Source: Fistulifera solaris
Lineage: Eukaryota
DNA length: 20,000 nucleotides
Direction of reading: 5' to 3'
Assembly: GCA_030295235.1 (NCBI GenBank)
Contig: AP026146.1
Location: 793,130-813,129 of the forward strand
The notes under the pieces were generated by a model. It saw only the letters and a list, made by a program, of their open reading frames with translations. It was not told the DNA's origin and ran no database searches. Below are positions 1-11,421 of this stretch, one piece after another (within the stretch, counting starts at the first letter, position 1; the number at the start of each line of letters is the position of its first letter). The translations under genes were made by a program, and so were the position numbers.

Positions 1-607
1 TCTTGTCCTCGACTTGTGGAACCACCATCAAAAGAGGCCTTCTCTTGTCTGCATGGTCAAACTCCCAGTACACGGACGAGATAAAACTCTTGTAGCGCGA
101 GCTTGCAAGCTCGGAAGCAACAAAGGACGCAAGAATATTCCGTTTGTCCAGGTATCTATTTCGCAGGTAGTCTTTAGGATCGAATAACGAGTTCGGCATG
201 ACAACAGCCATCTTGAATGTCGGCAATACATTTCCGTTTCCGCGGTATTTTGTCATGTATTGATGAGATTGCAAATAGCAATCGAGTGATTCTGCCCAAG
301 GAAGTTCCATGGACTCAGCTGCTAGGTCGGAAATAAGCTGTGTCGGCAGTTGTGCAATGTACGGTTCGGAGTCGCTGTTTGTTAGAATCGTTGGTTTGAT
401 TCGCTTGATGGAAGATTGAAGCTTTTCTAGATAGTCTCGAGCCTCTGGAGCCCAACTGACGCATCCATCGTCATGCTCATCCAGCGACAAACGACATTCC
501 TTTACAAGCAATTCGAGTTGCATCCGCAATAAATTCGATTTGTGTAGATCGTGCACTGCGTCGGCCAAAAACTCGGCGTCTTTCTGCACGTCATCGACTT
601 GCTTCAT
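1..607 (-). CDS. NOL6: Nucleolar protein 6 / U3 snoRNP protein Utp22 (Nrap family), N-terminal ~202 aa; the gene continues off the left edge
   Basis: My manual translation from the ATG at 607 is open to position 1: MKQVDDVQKDAEFLADAVHDLHKSNLLRMQLELLVKEC...FKMAVVMPNSLFDPKDYLRNRYLDKRNILASFVASEL...DKRRPLLMVVP. It matches recalled Nrap/Utp22 motifs LYKSNLFKLQ and MPxSLFxxKDYLNxRYxxKR. It is absent from the ORF track because there is no stop inside the window. Confidence 0.88.
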   Translation of the reverse strand, partial: MKQVDDVQKDAEFLADAVHDLHKSNLLRMQLELLVKECRLSLDEHDDGCVSWAPEARDYLEKLQSSIKRIKPTILTNSDSEPYIAQLPTQLISDLAAESMELPWAESLDCYLQSHQYMTKYRGNGNVLPTFKMAVVMPNSLFDPKDYLRNRYLDKRNILASFVASELASSRYKSFISSVYWEFDHADKRRPLLMVVPQVEDK

Positions 608-968
608 TTTTAAGAAGGAAGGATGAAGACGTGAACAGAGTGATGAAAGGGAGGGGAAACGAATAGACAAGACAAAGGTGTATCTTCTTGCAACAAGTCC
701 GAGATGTGCAACAACAAAACAAAAAAATCTTCGTTCATTTTTCTTTGGCTATTTCGCGCCGTTGGAAAAGGTTATGAGTTTATTCATGTTGTGTTCTTCG
801 TATTCCTCCACGGCTGCTTCTCGGTCATGAATTTAGACGTAAGATTCTAAGGTTACTCGCAGACGCAGAGGCAGACGGCATTAACCCACGCTTGTTCGGC
901 AAGTCAGAAATAATTTTAGGTTTATTGTTTATGCACTTCCCTAACTTCCTCCGTGTCTGAGTTATCTT

Positions 969-2444
969 TTAAAAGTTGAAATGGAAACGGGCGTTTCCTC
1001 CATTGAAACCTCTATGGTGTTGTGACCCAGTATGAAAGTTTTGACGGAAGAATTCGTGTGCAGAACGGGCTCCATGTCCCCCTTGATTGTCGAACACATT
1101 CTCCCCCCGGTCGTATTTGGCCCTATTTTCTTCATCACTCAGTACTTCATAGGCTTCGGAAATATCTTGGAATTTCTTTTCGGCAAGCTCTTTGTCCTCG
1201 TTTTTATCAGGATGCCATTGAAGAGCGAGCTCGCGGTAGGCCTTCTTGATCTCTTTCTTACTCGCGTTTCTAGACACCCCGAGTATTTTGTAGTAATTCT
1301 TCTCCTTTGATTGTTTCAGCGCAATCTGAGCGTCCCGCAGTTTTTGCTTTGCTGTTTGTTGTTCTTGGACCCGATCTTCTGTTACTTCTACGGCACGCTG
1401 GAATGTTCGAACCGCTTCTTCGTATTTCTCTGCGTTCTGCTGAATCTCACCCAATGCCCAAAGAGTTTCAGTCGTTTCACCCGAGTCCTCCACATGAGCT
1501 TGGGCCACTTTAAGTGCATGTGCATGATCACCAGCTTTTGAGTACGCACGAGCAAGTGGAATTTGGAGAGACCTTGCAAACGCCGTGTGTGTCTCATCGA
1601 CCGCAATGGCTTGCAACCAGAATTCGAGAGCTTCCTTGTATTTTCCGTCATTGAAGGCATCGTCTCCCTTCTTCTTCTTCTTTTCAGTAGTCTTCAATGC
1701 CTTGTGTCCCTTTTTACATTCCTTGTGCTCTGGATCCAGTTTAAGGCCTTCTCGATAATGCAAAATCGCTTGTTCGTGTTCTCCTAATCTATGATAAGCC
1801 TGTCCTCGCAAGCGATACGCCTCGAGGTGCTGTGCATTCTGTTTGAGTAGTTTGCCGGTGTCACTAATCGTACCATAGTAGTCTCCCAAATGAAAGAGGC
1901 TCTGCGCTTTCGGCCAGCGCAAATCGTCGCCTACCTCTACCATTCCTAGTGCCTGTTCATAAAAGAAAACAGCAGACTTGTAGTCACCCTGAACAAACGC
2001 GGCGTTGGCTTGCTCCATAGCTGCCTGACAGTCTGTCGCCGTTTTCATTTCCTTATAAAAATCTGCCGATCCCTCGCTGCTGTGCTCATTCAAGTACTTC
2101 TGATACTCCTCGACGGCTTGCACGCATTGACCCAGTTGCACTAATAATCTCGCTTTCATCGGCAAATACGTCTTGTCGAGTTCCGCCGCATTGCGAATGT
2201 CGTTTAAGGCAGCGTCGTATTGACGCTGTCTGCTACGCACTTTGTACAGCTGATAGTGATTAATTGCTTCATGTGGCTCTTGCGATACAGCTTGCAAGAG
2301 ATATTTAATGGCTTGAGGGTAATCTCTCGATTGTGCGACGGCTTCTTCCGCTGCGCGTCGTAATTTACCCGCGCTCCAGTCCTCCGTTACTTGTGCGCTA
2401 CTCACAGCGATAAAGAATAGTTGAACAAGGATACGAGAGATCAT
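969..2444 (-). CDS. DNAJC3: DnaJ homolog subfamily C member 3 (P58IPK/ERdj6), ER-luminal TPR plus J-domain co-chaperone, ~491 aa
   Basis: Probable start is the ATG at 2444, giving a signal peptide [17 protein letters not shown]. Tandem TPRs follow (e.g. [32 protein letters not shown]), then a J-domain NYYKILGV...ALQWHPDKN...AYEVLSD and a G/F-rich tail ending FHFNF. The frame is intact with no introns. Confidence 0.95.
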   Translation of the reverse strand: MISRILVQLFFIAVSSAQVTEDWSAGKLRRAAEEAVAQSRDYPQAIKYLLQAVSQEPHEAINHYQLYKVRSRQRQYDAALNDIRNAAELDKTYLPMKARLLVQLGQCVQAVEEYQKYLNEHSSEGSADFYKEMKTATDCQAAMEQANAAFVQGDYKSAVFFYEQALGMVEVGDDLRWPKAQSLFHLGDYYGTISDTGKLLKQNAQHLEAYRLRGQAYHRLGEHEQAILHYREGLKLDPEHKECKKGHKALKTTEKKKKKGDDAFNDGKYKEALEFWLQAIAVDETHTAFARSLQIPLARAYSKAGDHAHALKVAQAHVEDSGETTETLWALGEIQQNAEKYEEAVRTFQRAVEVTEDRVQEQQTAKQKLRDAQIALKQSKEKNYYKILGVSRNASKKEIKKAYRELALQWHPDKNEDKELAEKKFQDISEAYEVLSDEENRAKYDRGENVFDNQGGHGARSAHEFFRQNFHTGSQHHRGFNGGNARFHFNF

Positions 2445-2853
2445 GATGGTAACTGTGGGAGGTGTTAATGGACCAGTGCTTGCTTTTTCTTTGTTGATGT
2501 CCTCTGCCTTGGGTCTTCGGCGGTCACAACGAATATGACGAAATGAACGACGACACACAACGACCGCCCGCATCGCTGCATCGCTGCTGGTAAACCGGTA
2601 CTGCAGGTTAACTAAAAAATATACAATAGCTATCCGTTGCATCAAATGACTATAGAGAGAATGAGGAGTCGTTGAGAGATGAGAACGCATGACGCGTGCA
2701 GCCGCACTGACGTCGATGTCAACTTTCTAGCTGAAGCTTTCTTGCTAAGGCGCCCCCATCGAAAGGTAAATAAAACACTCGAGAAAGCTTTCATAATAAT
2801 GCGTAACTATGTAGATTAAAACGATATTTATCAGAGTTGGGCACCGGCGAGTT

Positions 2854-5800
2854 TCAATTAAATTGGTTAGCCATCAAAGAGTCGCTGAGCCAGTCTGTTA
2901 CCGCACGATGGATTTGACCAACATGCTTGGCGCTTACTTTTTCAAGAGACTTTGCAGGCGGACCCGACCAGAATGAAGATTTGGGTGCCGATTCTATAGG
3001 CGAAGGATCGTCTTTCACCACCACTGGCTCCTTTACAGCTACGGTGCGAAAGAATGTCGACACAGTTTCCAAGCAATCAGAAGAAGAAGAAGAAGAAGAA
3101 GAAAAGTCCAATGGTCGGCGTTTTGTTCTGCCACCCACTCGATTCCAAATCTACAGAAATAATTGGAACTGGTTTGGCCGGAATGTTAGGAGAAACGCTT
3201 GACGGAACAGACGGTCGCATACAAGGTAAAGACACTCCAGCCCATACAGCTAGAATGGCCAAGGGAATAACACCAGCCAAGAGAATCTCCTGGCGCTTCT
3301 GCTTTGAAGGATCGGTCAAAGGAGCAACGGTGTCTATTGTAGGCGGCACCTCAATATCAGTCTGACCGTGCGATGCCAAAAATGTTTGCACACTACGCTC
3401 AACGCTCAGGACTAGGTCCTTCGCCTTGGAGTCGGACAATCGCTTTTCTTCTTCAGCACGGAGAACAGCCATCTCTGACCTGCGCTTGGTTTCAGCAATA
3501 GCTATCTCAAGTTGTCCGATCTTTTTTTTGCCATTTGGATTCGTTGAGTCGATTTTCTTCATCAGCTTTGCTCAGGCACGACTGCAAAAATTCAGCTACT
3601 TGGTTTGACACCTCTAAACGACCTTCGACTTCAGCTAGTTGTCGCATTAGGTCATCAACTTTCTTAACGTGATCACGACTGCTCCGATTCTGGGCTTCGA
3701 GTTCTTCTTCTTTCAAGCGCAATAGCATCGTCAAATTGTTCAGCTTGGCTTCAACATCCTTTCTTTTCTCCTTCAGTTCACGTTTCTCATCTTCAACATT
3801 GGAAAGTGATGTCTGTAATGTCTCTACCCGGCGACCGCTTTCGGCTAATTGAGTTTCCATTTCGACTATTTTCTTTTGAGAACGTGCTTCGCTGATTCGC
3901 TTCTCCTCCTCAAGTCTGCTAGAGCAGGTCCGACTAAACTTAGTAATCTTGTCGGACTCCGCAAGCTGACCCTCAACCTCTACAATATGAGCAATAAGCT
4001 CTTCCATTTTAGCCGCTTGCTCGCTAATACTCTTGTCCCTGGCAGCAATTAATTGGTCCTTTTCGCGTAATTGGCTATGGAATAGTTCGAGTTGACCTGT
4101 AAGCTCCTCGAGGCGGGAGGCGTGTGTTGAACGCAATTCTAGGGATTGGTTGAGATTCACTCGTAGTAGCTGAACCTCTTTGGTTGAGTCTAACAATCGC
4201 GAATCAAGTTCATGAATTTGCTTTTGAGGTCAGCCTCCATTTTTGCTTTTCTTCTTCTATGGCGTTGATTCTGTTCTGAGGAGACGAGGAATGGCCCTTA
4301 ATCTCAGCCAGGGCCGATTCCAACGTCGTCACTCGCAGCTGAAATGATTTTAACTCTGCTTCCAACTTCACACATTGTTCACCACGCTCTCTGTAAAGTT
4401 CGGCCTCTTCTGCATGTTCGGCAATGCACTTTGCGAGCTCAGACCTAGATGCTTCAAGCTCATCAGCAAGAGACTGCTCCGTCTGCTGGGCTTGCTCGAA
4501 ACGGTTTTGCAATGTGGCATATTCCGTCTGAGAAAAAGCCCTGTCCGCCTCCATACCGGCCAGCAGGTTCGTCAGCTCACTAATCCTAGCCTCTAATGCA
4601 CATCTGACGTCTTCCAAGACATCAGGCTGCGATTCGAAGTCATCTAACTGCTTCTGAAGGCAAGACATTTGATTCTCAAAAACCTTTACAGCTCGACCCT
4701 GCAATTCGCTGTCCTCTACTGCTCTCTTCAAGGCTTCTTCTTGAAAAGAGTACTTCTCTTCGGATGATAGTAGAGATACTTTGAGTTCTTCAACCTCATT
4801 CTCAAGAGCGTCTACTTGTGCTTGGAGCGCTGGTGCTTCGTTTTCTAGTTGAGCCTGTTGAAACACTTCGTTTAACTGCGAGAGCTGTTGCTCTAGTTCA
4901 AGTGATTTTTGTTCAGCAGACTCGAGTGCTTGTTGCACTTGCTGGACATTTTCTTTAGACAAAATCGCCTCTTGTTGCGACGCTTCAAGCATCGACTGCA
5001 GGTCTTGGATAATGGCCGACCTTCCATCATCTGACGATCGAGTCGTTGCATCGCTTGCTTCCGCCAGTTGTTTTTGCAAATCTTCGATTTTTGCGTCCGA
5101 CGCTTCCTTGTCATCAAGAGCTTTTTCGAGTGCTACTTTTGCCAAACCAGCAACCTGGTCTATTTCCGCTAGTTTTGACTCCAGCTCTGCGATTTGATCC
5201 ACCAGTTTGAGCCTATCAGCTTCTGCTTCACGAAAAGCTTCGTTTGATCGGCCCTTCATTTCTTCAAGTTGTGCTTTGTAGTCAGATAGCTCCTTTTCCG
5301 CATCTTGTTTCATTTTCAATTTCCCATCTTGCTGCTGGCGAAGATCGTCGAGAGCGTTTTCCGAAGCTTGAAGCTCGGCTCCTTTCTCTGCCAGCTGTTC
5401 AATTAAATCATGAATTTGGGCTTTCAGCTGTTCTCGTTCTTCTTTTCGTTCACTTTGTGCTCGTTCAAGACTAGCACACGATTCCGCAAGCTTTGCTTTG
5501 AGATCGTCAATTGTTCTCTCCAGCAGAATTACATTATCCTCTGCGACTTGCTTGGCCGACCTGACTTCGTCTAAGACATCCGCCCAATCTTGTGCTTGCT
5601 TTGATACACAGGCAGCTTTCTCTTCCATCTGCTGAATGTGAATGTTACGCTGCTCCAGAGTTTTAGTAAGCGAGTTGGCATGTTCTACGGATGCTCTCAA
5701 CTCTGATTCTTTTTGGTTGACTTGTTCCTCCAAGACGTATAGGTTGGACTCCAAATTTGCGAGCGCCGTCTGCTTTCCCGCTAATTCTTCTTGCGCGTAC

Positions 5801-7095
5801 ACGTACGCCGAGCATGTCTCTGTCAACTTGTCTTCTGTCGTTTTCAAGTGAGACTGTAGACTGATGACGTCGGAGGTCAAGGATGAAATTACACTTTTGC
5901 TCGAAAGCGCGGCATCCTCCATGCCTTGTAGTTCGGATTCTTTTGTCACCAGAGTCGACTGCAGCATACCCAGTTCCTGCGACAATTGCTCTTTAGCTGC
6001 AGCTTGCGCTTGAACTGACAATTCAAGTCGGTCCATGTTTCTCTTCGTCTCTTCTAATGCTGTCATGGTATCATTCAGAGCAGCTTCTTTATCCTTGAGT
6101 CGTCTTGCCAAGGCATCACGCTCTTCTTCCGCCGAACGCGCCAAGAAACGAAGATGTTCGATAAAGCCTTCGTCTTCATAGTCAGAAGCTCCCATCACCC
6201 GATTCTTGCTCTGCTGCAAATCCGCAAGCTGCGTCGCGAGTTGAACAATCTGTGTTGCTTGATCAAGATTCTTCTTTTCCAACAGGCCGATTTTGTCATC
6301 ACGGATCTTTTGAACTTGCTTAAGCTCCATGATGTGCGACTCTAGCCTTACTTTTTCTTCAATCATAGAGCGTTTTTCTTCTTCGGAGTGGGATAGGTGT
6401 TCTTGCAAGAAGTCTGCAACATTACTGCTCATTGGGAGTTGGCGTTGAGGCTGGGTCGTCAGGAAGCTAGAATCATTCGGAGCTGACTTCTCTGTAACAA
6501 GTTTGCTTTGACTCAGTAGAGTTTCCATGTGTGATAGTTTTTGCTCTAGTTGTTTCCGATCGGCAGCGATAGCCAAGTCGCTGTTTTGAAGCGCCTTCAA
6601 AGTGTCCTGATAGGAACCGTCTAATTTTGCCCGAGCACCTCCATTTGCAAGATGAGCTCTTGAATTTTGACTGACTTCTTCTCCAGCTCGTTCTCGAGTG
6701 ATCCGATGCGGGAATCCTTGCTTTCTAGCTGCCGAAGTAGGGCGTCGAGTTCGGTCGATAAGTCATCTTCGTTGCGAAATTCCATGCGACTTTTCAAGTT
6801 ATCCAGTTGCTGGCCTAATTCTTTCGCCTTGGCTTCTTGCTGCATACGCCGAAACTGCAAGGAAGACGAGACTGTAGCCATTTTCTCTTCTTTTGCAATG
6901 AGATATGATGCGTGTTTTAATGTCAACAAGGATTTTGAACTGTCGGAAGATGTTTCGATGCCTGTGCCGCTGAGAACGTTCCTCTGACAGCCCCCAACTT
7001 GGGGGTGATGACCGCGATCTTCCCATCTCTTTGTTCGCTGTTCGCCGAAAACGGCGTATCAAAATGTATTGCCACGCTATCTCACTGGGCCTCAT
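2854..7095 (-). CDS. Large coiled-coil protein with a C-proximal transmembrane helix (~1400 aa reconstructed), broken by about 5-6 frameshifts (pseudogene or assembly indels)
   Basis: ORFs 6621-6929, 4210-6600, 3507-4196, 3077-3562 and 2854-3138 join into one E/Q/K/L/A-rich heptad protein via frameshifts near 6640, 4225-4245, 3525 and 3110-3130. TM segment: ILLAGVIPLAILAVWAGVSL. The start at ATG 7095 (MRPSEIAWQYILI, needing one more shift near 7057) is tentative. Confidence 0.75.
3080..3103 (+). repeat. (GAA)8 microsatellite; encodes poly-Ser in the probable true C-terminal frame of the minus-strand coiled-coil gene
   Basis: Read directly as gaa x8; translates as DFSSSSSSSSD in ORF 2854-3138. 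Confidence 0.9.
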
Positions 7096-7599
7096 TGAGG
7101 TCAAGAGTTTACTAATAACGAATAACCACTGGCTTTCCTAAAAGCCCAACGAACTTGCCGTCAATCGTTCACTTTGATTTAACCTGTCTATCTTTGGGAG
7201 TGGGGGCAATAGTCTGAATACCGTATGGAATCCGAAGTATTGAATTAGTGCCTCTGAGCTCTGAGCCTTTGAGAGAACGCAGACAGGGTCATAAAAGGTA
7301 TGGTGGAAAGTCTACAAAGTATGGGGAAAGGATTGGAGAAATAAATGTGAAACGTCATTACGGATACAGTAGATAAGATTGTCCGCTCAACCGGTCTTTC
7401 TGGTCATTATTCCGAAAGGTGAAAGGAAAAAGACTCGACATTCGACACCAAATCGCAAACCGCACCTCATCGTTGTCTTTTTGCTGTCTTTTTTCGCGAA
7501 AAAAGTCACTTGCATAGGTGAACGCTTTCAGCAACAACAAAATCGAAGGCATTATCAATTGATCGATAGGTTATCAATAGCAAGCGGATACATTCAGGG
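7096..7599. promoter_or_regulatory. Putative bidirectional promoter between the divergent coiled-coil paralogs
   Basis: Positional only: ~500 bp between two divergently oriented coding regions. No specific motif identified. Confidence 0.3.
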
Positions 7600-10171
7600 A
7601 TGAGTTCTCGAAGCGATGACCATCTGCTTCAGCAGTTGCAGCAGTTGCAAAAGAACTAGCGCAAAAAGAAGTCGCCTTGGGCCAACAAGACATTCTCTGC
7701 AAAGATCAGGCGAACAAGATCGAAGAGTTGGTCAAACAGATGGCTGAAATGGAAGATCATTTGAATCATAGTTACAATCAGACGCTCGAGTCTCTCTATG
7801 CGGGCATGATGCAGGCAAAGAGGAGAAAGAAGAGCTCATGGAACAAATGGCCGAATTGGAGTCTCAAGTTGAAGCCGCAAAAGAAGTCAAGGAAATGATC
7901 CTAGAACAACCGGCAACTACAGCAGAAGATTCGGAAGAACTTCTATCTCTTCGCGAGAAGCTTGCCGACTTGGAGAAGCGCTTGGAAGAATCGAATCAAC
8001 AATTGCGCTTTTTGGAGGGATCGGCGCAAAAAGCCCAGGACGAGAAGCGCCATTATGAAGAGCGAGCCCTGACTCTACAAGCCGAGATCCTAAAACTCAA
8101 CGATATCCTCAAAGAAAAAGAAAGCGCTCTTGCCATGGCAGAAATGAGCGCTCAGAAGGAAAGCTCAAATGACGGCATCTGCACGTTTGATTCAAGCCAC
8201 TACACCTGCCGTAGGGGCGCCCGTTTCTTATTCAAACACAAGCGACGAGCTTTGCACACGACTTGCTGAGTTAGAAAGTCGTCTTGGCGTGTCCAACAGA
8301 GTTGCAGACTTCTTGCAGAAAAGCTTACAAAAGGCAGAGGAGCAATCGCATCACTTCAAAAATCAAAAATCGCAACTGGCAGCTGAACTCGAGACGATCA
8401 AGCGTCAACTTTTGGAGAATGCTTCGAAACTAAAAGAATCGAATGAAAAAGCCAATAAACAAGAACTTCAGATCCAAGAACTGATCAAAAAACTTGAAGC
8501 TGCTGAAAAGTCGCTCAGTTCTACTTACCAACACCGTGAAGCAAAGGTTCAAGAAGCGGTCGAGTCAGCCAATTCCGGCCAAAAGGAACTGCGCCACAAG
8601 ATTTCGCAGCTCGAGTTCCGTCTCACAGAATCCCGTCGATTCGCTGAATTTGTTCAGAGTAGCCTGAACAAATTGAAGATTGAAAAGGAGACTAATGAGG
8701 CAAAGAGCAATGCGACGATTGCCAATCTTGAATTCAAACTAAAAGAAGGAAGCCGTGTCAGTCAGTTCGTGCAGCAAACCTTGGAACGAAAGACAAGTGA
8801 GTTTAAGCAGCTAGAGTTGGCATCGATGGGCGAAAAGAAACAATTGGAGTTCAAAGTGGCCGAAGCTTCGCGCATGACTGTGTTTTTACAGAATAAGCTC
8901 AAGGAAACGGAGAAGAAGTCATCCGCAGAAATTGCAAATCTTCAGTTCAGACTTACCGAAGCTACACGCATGACACAGTTTCTCACGACGAACGCTAACA
9001 AAGCGGCTGAAAATATGCGAAAGCAGCGCGACGAAATGAATTTGCTTGAAAAGCAGCTAGAGACAACTCGCGGAGAGCTAGCTGCGGCAAAGTCGGCCTC
9101 GAAAGCTAAAGACGGAATTCTTGCTGCTCATAGCGAAACAGTTACGGAATTGCGACGCAAAGTTGGAGAGCTCGAAAGCCGATTGTCGGTATCAAACCGC
9201 GTATGTGATTTTCTGCAGACCAATCTCAGCAAGGCGGAAGAAATGAAGAGGATGGCAGAAATGCGCCGCGACGATGTTGAGAAGCAATTGTCAATTCTCA
9301 CGAATCAGCTTTCAGAAACACAAAGTAAGATGCAAGTGTTGTCGCAGATGAGCGATGACCAAGCCAAGAAAATCGCAACCCTGATGAAAGAGATCGCAGA
9401 TACAACCGACAGTCTCACCCAGACTCACAAGAGTGTCTTGGCGGAAAGGAATACTGCTTTGGAGACCAAAGAAGAGGAGACAAAATATCTTGCAGCCCAA
9501 ATTGCTCAATTAGAGTTTCGTGTAACAGAGTCACAGCGCTTATCTACTTTTGTGCAATCCAAAATGAAAAGCTTGGAGACCGACAAGAACGAGCAGGCTG
9601 CAAAGTACGAAGCTGAGATAGCTCAACTCAAGTTCAAAGCAACAGAAAGTTCGCGCATGGCTGTGTTTGCTCAGGCGGCTGTTACGAAAGTCGGCGAAGA
9701 AAAGAAATCGATTGAGACGAAGGCAGCTAGAGAAAAGGCAAAACTAGAGTTCAATTTGGCGGAAGCAAAAGAATGACGACTTTTCTGACGAATAAGCTGA
9801 AGGATACTGAGAACACGTTACAAGGTTGTCTGAAAGACCTTGAGTTCAAATTGACAGAGTCGAATCGAGTCTCCAAGTATCAGCAAACTTCTCTTGCACG
9901 TCTTGACAGAGAAAAGCAGTGTCTGGTAAGTGAAAAGGCTGAACTAGAATTCCAGATAGACCAGTTGAAGCAGAATCTCGAAGAAAAAGAACTAGAGCTT
10001 TTCGCCCGCGACAACTATACTTCTGAATTTAAGAAGAGGATTAGCGATTTGCAATCTCAGATGGCAATGGCAGAAGGAAAGCTTTCGGTAGCGTATCGCA
10101 TGAACGATTTCTTGACGAAAAGCTTAAGCCAGGCCGAAGAAGAAAAAAGAATGCTTCAGTCGGGACACTAA
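7600..10171 (+). CDS. Large repetitive coiled-coil protein (~857 aa reconstructed), paralog of the minus-strand gene, broken by 4 frameshifts
   Basis: ATG 7600 (MSSRSDDHLLQQLQQLQ) joins ORFs 7677-7898, 7838-8269, 8169-9776 and 9773-10171 via shifts at A-runs near 7650, 7818, 8160 and 9768. It carries about 11 copies of a LE[F/S][R/K]L.[E/V]S.R[M/V]..F[L/V]Q..L motif. The true start could lie further upstream. Confidence 0.78.
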
Positions 10172-10602
10172 GGTCAAAGTCAGCGAGTTGCTGTGCACGC
10201 CTCTGTCCGGTGTTTAACAACCATTAAGTTGTTCCAGATATAAAATATAGCTCTTCATAATAACTTACTTCCCCCGAGGAACTCGATAGTAAATTCCGCA
10301 ATTTATTGTTCATTGTTGATTATTCAATGCCACTGGTATTTTTGTTTGATCGACGCACTTTCTCTTGCTACATAATACGTAGTATCGGGTAAGGCTCAAG
10401 GAGACGAGTTGGAGAAAAAGATTTTTTCCGGAGAATGCCCAACTGGAAGATACGGGAATAAGGCCCTGACTGTTGCATTGTACTTATGTGTACACCCTTT
10501 TCTACACTAATAGAAATTGTCGATCCACTATATAGTATAATGTACTATAAAGTTTTAAGCCTTATCCTATATAGCGCGCAAGCCGAAAATTACATAAACA
10601 CT

Positions 10603-11421
10603 AACTTTCATCAAAATCTGATGAAAGTGTGCAACTTCTCATCATGCAACGGAAACTTTCATCAAAATATGATGAAAGTGTACAACTTCTCATCACGAAT
10701 GACTATTGATCAGTCACGAAAGAAAAGTTCATCACAAAAATCATTAGAGTTAAAATCGTTCGTCGCTTCCAGGTACCGGTACTCATCGCACATCGGACGG
10801 ATGCTGCGTTTTGACTTTACGCGGCGTCAACCTTTCTTGCTAGCTCTTTTTGATGTATCCCATCTATCCTAATGATTTTGTCGTCTTCTTGAAAAATGTG
10901 CTTCCAAACGCTTCTTGTGAAAAAGCCATCAGGGTCATCTGTCAGCTGCAAGTCTCGAATAAGGTGGGCGTATTCAATCGGCGACGATCCGTAATAAGCC
11001 TTGAATCGTCGAATTTTGGTTGGGAGTTTCGTGTTTCAAACCGGCGCAAAAAGGCCAGCCCTCGAGATTTCTTCGGGGGTAAGAACCAACATAGTAACGT
11101 TTACTGAGTGATATGAGAATGTTTTTGTTGATGGAGAACGCATGTTTTGTAAAATCGAAAAGGTGCGAGTGTTTTTGGTTTTTGGCAACTCGCCAATCCT
11201 TAATGCACTCGGTGACTGGATAACGTCTAAGTGAAGAACAACTTTCATCAAATTTGATGAAAGTGTACAACTTTCTCATCATATTCTGATGAAAGCATCA
11301 CTTCACCTTGAAGTGGAGAACTATACTGATATTTGATATTTATTCCTAATTCCTAAATTCCTCAAGTCAGCAACGGAAACTTTCATTCCTATTTGATGAA
11401 AGTTCTACACTTTCATCATAT
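10603..11421. mobile_element. Probable non-autonomous DNA-transposon (MITE-like) relic with clusters of a palindromic ACTTTCATCA-N4/5-TGATGAAAGT motif near both ends
   Basis: Hairpin copies at 10604-10628, 10655-10679 (51-bp direct repeat), 11241-11264, ~11270-11296 and ~11379-11403. Segment 11401-11421 is an inverted near-copy of 10667-10687. No clear terminal inverted repeat, target-site duplication or transposase was seen. Confidence 0.45.

Noticed and set aside
2445..2690. 82-aa N-terminal extension of DNAJC3 in the ORF track
   Set aside because: The signal peptide begins at ATG 2444. The extension is not protein-like and would mask ER targeting.
1022..6987. Short plus-strand ORFs opposite DNAJC3 and the coiled-coil gene
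   Set aside because: These are antisense shadows of real coding sequence with no recognisable motifs.
6991..7005. Short hairpin CCCCCAA-C-TTGGGGG
   Set aside because: A single short palindrome within a probable coding region, with no supporting context.
3100..9780. Programmed ribosomal frameshifting in the coiled-coil genes
   Set aside because: There is no consistent X XXY YYZ slippery heptamer or shift direction, and the same A-run shortening occurs in the non-coding satellite.
2854..10171. One giant gene split by an inversion
   Set aside because: The 5' regions of the two halves align with each other as paralogous N-termini. The end of the plus gene does not continue into the start of the minus gene.
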